A DNA stretch of 64,000 nucleotides from Octopus vulgaris (taxonomy: Eukaryota): contig OX597814.1 of assembly GCA_951406725.2 (NCBI GenBank), forward strand, positions 179,862,001 through 179,926,000, written 5' to 3'. The position numbers and the translations under genes are program-made. The notes beneath the pieces were generated by a model. It saw only the letters and a program-made list of their open reading frames with translations. It searched no databases and was not told where the DNA came from. Of the stretch, positions 12,785 to 24,849 are shown piece by piece; position 1 is the stretch's first letter, and each line of letters begins with the position of its first letter.

Positions 12785-13553
12785 TACGTACATAAGTATT
12801 TGTATACATACGAGCCGGTGCTCAAAAAAAACTGGAATTTTGCAATACTATTTTATTCACTTAGTTTTACATATTTTCACTTTTATCGCCTTCAAAGGTA
12901 TAAGCACGTCTTGTCTTTAGGAAGAAAATGGACAGAAAGATAGATTTCCTTTGTCACGTGTCAGCGATGAAAGAGTCAATGAGGAAGAGTGAGAGAGAGG
13001 GAACGGTGAAGAGGAGAGGAGAGGAGAAGAATAGACAAGGGTAGGAGAGAAAACCAGAAAGAATTAAGAACAAGAGAGGAAGTGGACAAGACGTGCTTAT
13101 ACCTCTCTCCTTCATAAGCTCGTCTTCATATCGTTCATGATAATTTTTCTATCGTCTTGGCTTAACAGCCTCACCGTTTGTTTTTACTATCTTGTTCTCA
13201 TTGTCACGTTCTTGTTATCACATTCACCAGCTGCAAAAAATCTCAAATGTTATTTAATTTGCTTTGCGGGAAGGACTGTTTCAACGAAATCGCGTATTGT
13301 CCTTACCTTGGAATCGCGGAGTAGATGAAACCGGGACAACTGATAAAGGGCAATATTCTTTATGTTCCATGTCACGTTTCTCTGTTTGTTTTCTTTTTCG
13401 TTGTTCGAAAAATGTTGTTTTCTATGTTTTTGTTTTTATGTTTTCGTTTCTCATTGTGTTCAACTATTCTTTTTATTCCTGTACCGATATATGCATGTAT
13501 ATATACATATATATGCAGGCATGTAGATACACGTATGTACATAGACATATATT

Positions 13554-13607
<54 letters not shown>

Positions 13608-13614
<7 letters not shown>

Positions 13615-13860
13615 GTTGTATACTGTCAATCTAACGTGAACGTGACAGTAGGGGGTTACATCACCGCTGTTTAGCCCTAGGAAGCATCGACGCCTCCTGA
13701 TGTCTTTGACACATTTTTCCATTTACGAAGGGGAGACACTGGACACAGGAAAAATGTGTCAAAGCCATCAGGAGGCGTCGATGCTTCCTAGGGCTAAACA
13801 GCGGTGGTGTAACCCCTTACTGTCACGTTCATGTTAGATTGACAGTATACAACCATTCTA
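13608..13860. repeat. Long hairpin: 113-bp inverted arms, 27-nt loop
   Basis: 13608-13720 vs 13748-13860, 4 mismatches; left end abuts (TA)n, right side reaches (TA)n 45 bp later. Confidence 0.92.
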
Positions 13861-13899
13861 TCGCCCCACCACCGTTCATATCTCTATGAGAGATTTAGA

Positions 13900-13988
<89 letters not shown>

Positions 13989-13998
13989 TGTATATATA

Positions 13999-14088
<90 letters not shown>

Positions 14089-14299
14089 TGGTATTCAGAA
14101 CGGAGGTAGTCAGGGTTTGGATAAAAATCTATATATTTAGTGCTTTCGGCCTTTTTAGGGATTCACCATTAATGATTTCTTATAGAAAATACATACTTTT
14201 TATATGTATGAGTGAGTTGGGAGAAAAATCTGGAGTTGAATTTGTCTTTCTTTCTTTCATTTTGTTTGTTTAGAAACTCACAACACGCACGTACTTGCG

Positions 14300-14340
<41 letters not shown>

Positions 14341-14588
14341 ACACACACACACACACATACACACACACACGCACACACACACACATATACACAGCCACAT
14401 AGTTTCAAAGTCACAACTAATATCTCAAATAACCACTCTCAAAACAGCCCATTCAAATATATATAAAAGGTGTCAATGTTCTGTAAGAAATCAATTATGA
14501 TGAATCCCTATAACGAAAGCGTTATGAAAATAGTATTCATCCCAATTCTGATTACCTTCTTTTTCTTTATATATATATGTGCGTGTGT

Positions 14589-14620
<32 letters not shown>

Positions 14621-14657
14621 TGCATACATACATACAAACATGAATATAAACACATAA

Positions 14658-14819
14658 GCGCAGGAGTGGGTGTGTGGTAAGTAGCTTGCTTACCAACCAC
14701 ATGGATCCGGGTTCAGTCCCGCTGCGTGGCATCTTAATCAACTGTCTTCTACTATAACCTCGGCCGACCAAAGCCTTGTGAGTGAGATTTGGTAGACGGA
14801 AACTGAAAGAAGCCCGTCG

Positions 14820-14888
<69 letters not shown>

Positions 14889-15089
14889 ATGTATTTGTGT
14901 GCCTGTGTTTGCCCCCCCCCCCAACATCACTTGACAACCGATGCTGGTGTGTTTACGTCCCCGTAACTTAGCGGGTCGGCAAAAGAGACCGATAGAATAA
15001 GTACTAGGCTTACAAAGAATAAGTCCTGGGGTCGATTTGCTCGGCCGCAGTCAAATAACTGCAACAAGTAAAAGAGTAAAAGAGTAAAA
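14658..15089 (+). mobile_element. SINE family A
   Basis: Same head, body and tail as 10832 copy; internal (TA)n(TG)n. Confidence 0.85.
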
Positions 15090-15649
15090 TATATATACAT
15101 ACATACATACATACATATATACATACATGCATACATACATACATACATACATACATACATACATACATACATTCATGCATACCATACATGCGTGTATGTG
15201 TGTAAGTACGTGTGTTTGTGTGCGTGTGTTTGAAGAAATAACCGCAAAGTCAGACAGAGAGTGTGGTACTTACATAGTGTATTGGTTTGTTCATTTTTGT
15301 CTTTTTTTTCTCTTCGCGCGCACTTTCTCTCTCTCTCTCCCTCCTCCCCCTCTCTTCCTCTCTTCCCCCCTCTCTCTCTCTCCCTCCCTCCCTCCGCCCT
15401 CTCTGTCTTCCCGTTGTTTTTATTTTAACTGATATAAAAGTGCCAACTATTGAACGACATTCACGAAGACAGGAAAGCTACCAAACGGCAGTTATGCACA
15501 ATAGACAATACAAAATACTAGCAGAGCGCAGACAAGAAAAAGATTCTTTGAATAAATTTGTCGAAGGAGGTTATAATGCTGAAGGTCATGGACAATATAC
15601 AAATAAATCTATTTATTATCACAGTTATATTACAGTTCTTTTTGTTCTT

Positions 15650-15665
15650 CATGTAGTAGTAGTAA

Positions 15666-15739
<74 letters not shown>

Positions 15740-15792
15740 TTTGTTGTTGTTGTTCTTTGCGCTACCACTAACTTCAATCATAGTCATCATCC

Positions 15793-15841
<49 letters not shown>

Positions 15842-15942
15842 TATCATCGTGGCTGCTTTTGTTATGGTGCTGACGTCGTTATTCATTATCATATACTGAT
15901 TATATTCTGCTTCTATTGTCATTTATATTATTATTATTATTA

Positions 15943-16003
<61 letters not shown>

Positions 16004-16236
16004 CATTATTATTATTATTATTATTATTATTTTTATCATTATTATTATTATTATTATTATTACGATCATCATCATCATCATCATGATCGTCGCCGTCGTC
16101 GTCATCATCATCATCGTTATTGTATTATTATTATTAGTAGTAGTAGTAGTAGTAGTATTATCATTATCATCATCATGATCGTCGCCGTCGTCGTCGTCAT
16201 CATCATCTTCATTATTGTTATTATTATTATTATTAT

Positions 16237-16274
<38 letters not shown>

Positions 16275-16359
16275 TCATCATCATCATCATCATCATCATC
16301 GTGATCGTCGCCGTCGTCGTCGTCGTCGTCATGTTTTATTATTAGTAGTATTAGTGTTG

Positions 16360-16420
<61 letters not shown>

Positions 16421-16489
16421 TATTATTATTATCGTCGTCATCATCATCACATTATTGTTGTTGTTGTTTTATTAGTAGTATTATTGTTG

Positions 16490-16536
<47 letters not shown>

Positions 16537-17039
16537 GTCATCATCATCATCATTATTGCTACTACTGCTTCACAACTGCTATTATCATCATCATCATCAT
16601 CAGCATTATTAATATTAATTTTATTATCCTTAGTACAACTGATGTTGTTGTTGCTATCGTTGTTGCTGATATTGCAGCAGAACACGATGTTCTTACTTTT
16701 GTTCATGATGTTGTTTTTGACATATTTGTTATTTTTGTTCTTGTTTTCAGCGCCCCACATTCTTCTCATTACCCTCATCTCCCCTATCGACATAATCACA
16801 ATCATCATCGTCATCATCATCATCATCTTATTATTGCCACTCTTGTCCCTGTCAACTCCCTTCCGCCAACAAATGTTACCATCAACATCGTCGCCAGCTC
16901 CACACCAACACCAACACCTTCCCCATCACTACCACCACTACTACCTCTACAACCATCACCACCACCACCACCGTTACTACTACTAGTATTACTATTGATA
17001 ATAATGATAATAGCAATAATAATGACGATGTTTATGATA

Positions 17040-17077
<38 letters not shown>

Positions 17078-17412
17078 AACGTTGATGATAATTAACAATA
17101 ACTACAATATACTACGACTACTACTATTACTACTATTACTACTACTTCTACTACTACTACTACTGTTAATAATGATTGCAGCAATAATAATAATGATGTT
17201 CATGATGGTGATGATGCTAATAATGATTAACAACAACAACAACAACAACAATAATAATAATAATTATAATAATAATAATAATAATAATAATAGTAAGAAG
17301 AAGGAAAGGAAGAAGAAGAAGAAGAAGAAGAAGAAGAAGAAGAAGAAGAAGCAGAAGAAGAAGAAGAAGAAGAAGAAGAAGAAGAAGAAGAAGAAGAAGA
17401 AGAAGAAGAAGA
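15650..17412. repeat. 1.8-kb compound trinucleotide microsatellite array (TAG, CAT, TAT, GTC, GAT, AAT, AAG)
   Basis: Direct reading; explains the poly-V/H/Y/I/L/K ORFs. Confidence 0.95.
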
Positions 17413-17962
17413 GCAGCAAGTACCGTCACTGCGAATATTATTAGCAATATACTTCACTTTACGATGAAATGTGTCATCCTCACAACTTAACTTTAAATGA
17501 AGTAAAGAGGGGGAAAAACAAAAGGAAAGAGGGTGAGGCAGAGAGAGAGACAGACAGGCAGAGATAGAAAGAAAGGACGAAATGAATCAAGACACGAAAA
17601 GAAAGAAGAAAAGAAACAAAGAAAGAAAGAACAGAAAGGATGATTATTTAGCAAAACAGAGCGATATCGCTACGAGAACATCACGAATACTCTATCAATC
17701 TCTAGAGGTTGTCTTTGTACTTCCTAACAATGAAATATATTAACACAGACAATTTTAATGTTTTTGTCATAATGCATTTTTGCGAAACCGTTAAATATCA
17801 CAACGAAATTAGAGCGTAAGTTTGTTTTATATTTCTTCAAGCAAACAATGGTCTGGGTTAATTATATAATGCACTCATTTACGCCCGTATACACTCAAAA
17901 ATGTGCGCGCACACAGAAGCAAGCTGACACACACATAAGCAAACACAGGAAATATATATATG

Positions 17963-18170
17963 GGCGTAGGAGAGGCTGTGTGGTAAAGAGCTTGCTTACC
18001 AACACCATGGTTCCGGGTTCAGTCCCACTGTATGGCACCTTGGGCAAGTGTCTTCTACTATAGCCTCGCACTGACCAAAGCCTTGTGAGTGAATTTGGTA
18101 GACGGAAACTGAAAGAAGCCCGTCGTATATGAGTGTGTGTGTTTCTGTGTCTGTGTTTGTCTCCCCACCA
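17963..18170 (+). mobile_element. SINE family A, 3'-truncated
   Basis: Head and body present; sequence then switches to a Penelope-like fragment. Confidence 0.8.
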
Positions 18171-18180
18171 CTCCTCTTGC

Positions 18181-18930
18181 CGATTATTTATTCTTTCTAT
18201 TTAACCTGGCTATGATGGTACCTATATTGGGGAGGGTAGAATACGAGATTCTAATTGTCTTACGGGGAAATATTCTATGGGAAGCAGGGAAGTTTTTTTC
18301 AAAAATTGCCATAAATTTCTTATATATGTTGGTAGATATGGTCAGTTGAAGGGAACATTATACCATATCAAATCATTATTTTCAAACCTCTTACGTGTAT
18401 AAGGGCGGAACCTACCTAATCTTTCACCGCCTTCCAAAGTCCTGACTTGATTATTAGGTATAGATATACTATCAGTATTTTTCTTATCATTAGAGGGTGG
18501 CATAATCCGCTCAATCGCTTCACTACATTTATTCTAAACTATTATTTCTACTGGTTATAGCATCTAATTTCCTGTTGTTACTTGTCTTTTTATTTGAATA
18601 GATGGGTTTATTGGATACTTTCATAGTAGGTTTGTTTTCCCAACCAAGTAGGCTTGTATTCCCCCACTCACTTAAATTCTCATTATTTCTACAATTAGTA
18701 GGTGCTATACTTTCTGGATTAGGAAAAGTAATTCGATGGTTGTAACTTGCATTAGACAAAGTGAAGTTATAGTGGTTGGAATGAGTATTTAACATTTCTT
18801 TATTTGCTGATAATTTCATAATTCTTTTAGAAATACTTTTGACTACTGATTTTAATATATTAGTGGGTTGATTTGAAGATTTGTTCTCATACCTCATAAC
18901 TTCAACTGGTTTCCTATAGGGGTGGTATCT
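18181..18930 (-). pseudogene. Penelope-like RT thumb/linker fragment
   Basis: ORF 18529-18897 (SSNQPTNILKSVVKSISKRIMKLSANKEMLN) and further minus translation FEKNFPASHRIFPRKTIRISYSTLPNIGTIIARLNRK match the SNHP...KISYSC.PN signature of PLE ORFs. Confidence 0.7.
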
Positions 18931-19297
18931 AATGTAGTATCCAAAAGATTAATACAGAAGACAGAGTGTAACAAGAAGCCTTTATTAGCACAGAAAACGT
19001 TTCAGCTTCAAATTGCACTGTGTATTTCATCTGGTGTCATTGCATTGTTCCACGACCACTGGGGAGCAATGTATTATGAATCCGAAACGATTGCTTTACT
19101 AATAAATGCTTCTCATTATGCTCCACCTTCAGTGTTAATCTTTTGGTTCCATGTTCAGTCACGCTGTATGACACCTTGATCGAGAATCTACTAACATAAC
19201 CCCGGGCCTACCATACACATTTAAGTGAATTTCGTAGACGGAAACTGAAAGACCTCCGCCGCATAATACATATATGCTTATATATATATATATAATT

Positions 19298-19720
19298 GGC
19301 GTGGGACTGGCTGTGTGTTAAGTAGCTTGCTTACGAACCGCATGATCCCGGGTTCAGTCCCACAGCGTGGCACCTTGGGCAATTGTCCCCTACTATAGCC
19401 TCGAGCCGACCAAAGCCTTGTGAGTGGATTTGGTGGACGGAAGCTGAAAGAAGCCCGTCCTGTATTTGTATGTATGTATGTATGTATGTATGTATGTATG
19501 TATATGTATGTATGTATGGGTGTCTGTGTTTGTCCCCCTAACATCACTTGACAACCGATGCTAGTGTGTTAACATCCCCGTAACTTAGCAGTTCGGCAAA
19601 AGAGACCGATAGAATTAGTACTAGAATACGTCTTGGGGGGGGGGCGATTTGCTGGACTAAAGACGGTGCTCATGCTTGGCCACAGTCAAATGACTGAAAC
19701 AAGTAAAAGTGTAAAAGAGT
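19298..19720 (+). mobile_element. SINE family A
   Basis: Full head, body and tail; internal (TATG)n. Confidence 0.85.
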
Positions 19721-19783
19721 ATATATATATGAGTGTGTGTGTGTGTGTGTGTGTGTATGTATATGTATATGTATATGTATACG

Positions 19784-19845
<62 letters not shown>

Positions 19846-19859
19846 GATAGATAGATACA

Positions 19860-19892
<33 letters not shown>

Positions 19893-20704
19893 GAACATAT
19901 ATATATATACATACACACACACATATGTGTGTGTGTGTGTGTATGTGTGTGGATTTTAAGCAGCAGATGTAGAGAACAAGTAAACAAGACAGGAACGGGT
20001 GAAAGTTATTAAATATAAATGAAGTTTAAAATAGAGTTGTTGTTTCTTTTTTTCAAAACAGGGTGTCGAAATGGAGAGTAAAAGTAGTTTAAATTAAAAT
20101 TTTGGCATAAGTTATATTTACATAGGGTTGCAATATGAATAAATGTAACATAAGTAACTATTTCTGGAGAGGAACGTGAGAATTGCCCGTTATTTATTCA
20201 AAGCAAAACACAATGCGGTATTTGTAAAAATATAAAACAATCAATGCATGATCACTAAAGGTAGAACATTGAGTTTACACGTGTTGTCAGAGATGTATTT
20301 AAAGCTACATGATATGAATAAACAATGTGAATTTCTTAGGTTACATTAAACAGTAAGGCTTGCTCTCAAGCGGAAATATATTTTACACAAAACAGGTTAT
20401 ATATTTGACTTAGTTTGTAGGGAGGAGAATAAAATAGTTTGTAAAAAGTAAAAGAATAAACATATATATATATAATTGGGGATGTGATTATTGAGGAGCA
20501 AAAGTGAGGTGAATTGCACAGTAAAGAGTTGATGTAAAAGGAGAGAGGTAAGTAAAATGAAACGCAAAGCATTTGGCATGAAATGAGCGGGTTACAAATA
20601 TTGATGAATATTATTACTAATTAGTGCGTTTATATCCGGAACAACGCGTATTCGCGCAGAAATACAAATATATTTAACAACAAAAATCGATGCATATTCA
20701 TATA

Positions 20705-20755
<51 letters not shown>

Positions 20756-21018
20756 GGAATCATCTGTATGCGCTTCTACAGCTGCACACAAAGATATACA
20801 AAAGCACTCATACATACATACACACAGATATGCATCTATACACATATACTTATATATGAATGAATACTATGCGTATGTTCATTAATATATATATAGATAT
20901 ATAGATATACAAACATACGCACGCACACGTGCGCAAACACACAAACACGCACATACGCGCGCGTGCACACATACACACATATACACAAACACAGATATAT
21001 ATATACATATATATATAT

Positions 21019-21078
<60 letters not shown>

Positions 21079-21080
<2 letters not shown>

Positions 21081-21429
21081 TTTTACTCTTTTACTTGTTT
21101 CAGTCATTTGACTGCGGCCATGCTTGAGCACCGCCTTTTAGTCGAGCAAATCGACCCCAGGACTTATTCTTTGTAAGCCTAGTACTTTCGCCGAACCGCT
21201 AAGTAACGGGAACGGAAACACACCAGCATCAGTTGTCAAGCGATGTTGGGGGGGGGCAAACGCAGACACACAAAACACACACATATATACGATGGGCTTC
21301 TTTCAGTTTCCATCGACCAAATCCACTCACAAGGATTTGGTCGGCCCGAGACAGTTGCCTAAGATGCCACGCTGAACCTGGAACCATGTAGTTCGTAAGC
21401 TAGCTACTTGCCACACAGCCACTCCTGCG

Positions 21430-21430
<1 letters not shown>
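21079..21430 (-). mobile_element. SINE family A (reverse orientation)
   Basis: Reverse complement of the family A consensus with small internal deletions. Confidence 0.85.
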
Positions 21431-21485
<55 letters not shown>

Positions 21486-21489
<4 letters not shown>

Positions 21490-22097
21490 ACAATCAAGGA
21501 ACGGCCATAATAGGCCATTCACCCACTAGAAATAACAGCCAAAGCTTCAACCGCAAATAAAAGTTAATTCTGTAAACCAGGAGAAAATTCAAAAAAACAT
21601 TTACCCTGTAATTTCTTATACGATATACCGTTTCATCTGCTGATTAATGGTAAACTAACCTGATTAAATTAAATCAAGCCAATCTTCCACAGGCCCTCAG
21701 ATTCTTCAGTAAGAAATAGCCCAAGACGGAACAGATATTTTCACGAGGCATTTCCGACCTTGCCAAGTTTATATCTGACCTAAAATTTTCAAATCGTCGC
21801 ACTCGCGCCAAATTTATCGGCAGCAAATAAATATAAGCCGTCGATTCCATTACGGAATTAACCAGAAAATTCATAATTAATCAATATAGGGTGGCAAAAA
21901 AAATTTTGTAGAATTCTTTTGCCACCAGCGGCCTAGTAGGAAAAAATTAAATAGTCATAGACCATTTTTTAGGTTCAACATCAACAATCAAGGAACGGCC
22001 ATAATAGGCCATTCACCCACTAGAAATAACAGCCAAAGCTTCAACCGCAAATAAAAGTTAATTCTGTAAACCAGGAGAAAATTCAAAAAAACATTTA
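21486..22097 (-). mobile_element. Candidate retrozyme-like non-coding element: 494-bp unit with 118-bp terminal direct repeat and a hammerhead
   Basis: 21486-21603 identical to 21980-22097; HHR at 21611-21717; no recognisable coding capacity; abuts (TA)n. Confidence 0.6.
21611..21717 (-). ncRNA. Type I hammerhead ribozyme with extended stem II
   Basis: Minus: atttctta-CTGAAGA-atctg-(58 nt)-cagat-GAAA-cgg tata tcg-TA-taagaaat. Canonical core, 8-bp stem I, 5-bp stem II, stem III, GUA triplet; predicted cut between 21619 and 21618. Confidence 0.85.
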
Positions 22098-22418
22098 TAG
22101 CAAAACAAGAGATTGGAAAAAAGTGTGGTGCTATTAATTCACCATTACACATGCTTCATTAGCTAATAGAATTTACAATATTGTACATGTAGGAAAAACA
22201 TGTAAAATATCTCCTGTTAGAAATCCTTGAATGTGACAATTTTGATTATAATTCTGTAACCCTTATTAACAAATGAAATGTATGTAATTAGTGAATAAAT
22301 AATAACTTCTTCGAATCTACTCTTTTGATATATAATTACTCTGCAAAAAATATTTTCCAAGAATTTTCAACTTTTATGCATACCTCACGTAAATATAACA
22401 TCTACATAGCGATTTTGT

Positions 22419-22722
22419 GGAGGCACATGTCCTAGTGATTAGAGCAGTGGCCTCGCAGTCGAGGGATCGCGGATTTGAATCTCAGACCGCGTGGTCTGTG
22501 TGTTTATGAGCGAAACACCTAAGCTCTACGCGGCTCCGGCAGAAGGTAATGGCGAACTTCTACAGACTTTTTGCCACAACTTTCTCTCACTCTTTCCTCA
22601 TGTATCTTGCAGCTCACCTGCGACGGACCGGCGTCCCCTCCAGGTGGGGAACCTATACGCCAAGGAAACCGGGAAACCGGCCCTTATGAATCAGGGATAG
22701 CTCGAGAACGAACAAAACAAAA
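22419..22722 (+). mobile_element. SINE family B
   Basis: Degenerate A/B boxes, gagcgaaacacctaagctc, gaaaccgggaaaccggcccttatga 3' part. Confidence 0.75.
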
Positions 22723-23467
22723 AAATATAGGGATTTGGAATATTAGAATAAGCCGATGTGCTTCAATAGAACACTGACATGTATTGATAATAAAAGTGCA
22801 TGATGGGTAAAATTCAGATCTCTCAAGTGTAGGGTTGTCAAGACCTTCTGATATACGGCAAATGCGTGGTTCGCTTCCCGGGGTGCGTCCCTGCCAATGT
22901 TTTTAGTCTAAGGATGTATTTATCCGATATGCTACAGCTATTATAAATAGAAACATTTTCATATGAGTAACTTCGTGAAAGTAATTTTGTATATTTTTCT
23001 CTTCGATCTCTTAGTTAATATGGCGCTTCATTTTCAGTATGCCTTTGTAGTCATGTCTCAGTTGTGGCTACTCCTTCCCTCACGGTTCCATTCAAAGCAT
23101 GATATAGTTAGAAAGTAAATATCCAATGCTGTCATTCACCCTGTCATTGACCATATTTATTCAATCAGATCCAAACACCTCGAAGACGCATTTTCAACAT
23201 CTACGTCAGTAATACAACGTCTTGCTATGAACACTATGTTCCTACCAACAAGGAGTATACTATGCAATCCCCCAATCTTATAGAAATAACAATGAACCCT
23301 CTCTGAAAACCATTCTGTCAAGGAAGAGCAAATTTGACAATATAGTCCCAGAATCTCCATGTCTGAAGATAAGATAGAATATATATGGCGGCTAAGACTT
23401 TAAACCTTTTAAATGTTTTGATTATTCTGTCATATGTCATGCCTGTTTATTCACATTGTTTTGAATA

Positions 23468-23886
23468 GGCGCAGGAGTGACTGTGCGGTAACTAGCTTGC
23501 TTACCAACCACATGGTTCCGAGTTCAGTCCCACTGCGTAGCACCTTGGGTTAGTGTCTTCTACTATAGCCTCGGGTCAACCAAAGCCTTGTGAGTGGATT
23601 TGGTAGACGGAAACTGAAAGAAGTCCGTCGTATATATGTATATATATATATGCATGTGTGTGTGTCTTTGTGTGTGTTTGTATCTGTGTTTGTACCCCCA
23701 ACATCGTTTGACAACCGGTGCTGGTGTATTTACGTCCCCGTAACTTAGCGGTTCGGCAAAAGAGAACGATAGAATAAGTACTAGGCTTACAAAGAATAAA
23801 TCCTGGGGTCGATTTGCTCGACTAAAGGCAGTGCTCCAGCATGGCCACAGTCAAATGACTGAAACAAGTAAAAGAGTAAACGAGTA
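23468..23886 (+). mobile_element. SINE family A
   Basis: Full-length head to gtaaaagagtaa tail. Confidence 0.88.
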
Positions 23887-24485
23887 ATTAATCATGCATT
23901 TTGTCATAGCTCTGAGATCTTGAGGATGCGATTACCTACTTTTAGACTGACATTATATAATCGGTGCGAGAAGCTGGATTTGACCAGTTTTAACATAAAA
24001 GACATGGAGAATATTTGTGCCTGATAAGATTAGTTTAAATGCTTAAGGGTTAATAGTGGTCGTGTTCAATCAGGTCGTGATCTGAATTTAAACAAACAAT
24101 ACCAACAGTAAAACTATGCTTCACACTCTTTTCATAGACACAGGAAGAGCACATGCATACAAAGGTAACAGTAGAATCAATACCGTCCGTTCGTCACACG
24201 TTTTGCGATTGAATGCACGTCACCGATGAAAACTGCATTATGAAGCAATAGTATACAAACAAAATATGTGTGATATTCAGCAATATGTTCGCTTCTTTCA
24301 CTCTGATACGGAAAAATTCAAATCCGTTCAAAGAATCCGTTCAACTTAGATTGGCCAATTTGGCGAATTTTTAAAATGTGCATATATTCTGATCGCTATC
24401 CAAAATCTCAAATGATAATAATAATGAAAAATAAATAAATAGAAAACAAATATTACCACTACAGGTGGTAATAACATGTTTTAAA

Positions 24486-24582
<97 letters not shown>

Positions 24583-24736
24583 CAATAAAGCACCTGGTAT
24601 ATATAAATATATGTATATACATTATATATATATAAGCATGCTTTTACATACAGGCATGCGCACACATATCTATCTATAGGTGTGTGTGTCTGTGTGTGTG
24701 CGTGTGTGTGCGTGTGTGTATACATATACATATATA

Positions 24737-24849
<113 letters not shown>

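Noticed and set aside
14135-14175. Minus-strand hammerhead-like atggtga...ggccGAAAgcac
   Set aside because: Needs four or more mutations to fit.
15287-17457. Long ORFs (352, 210, 175 aa)
   Set aside because: Translations of trinucleotide microsatellites; no domain signal.
23157-23365. Possible minus-strand exon after ttcag
   Set aside because: No recognisable protein or donor site; cannot be supported without transcripts.
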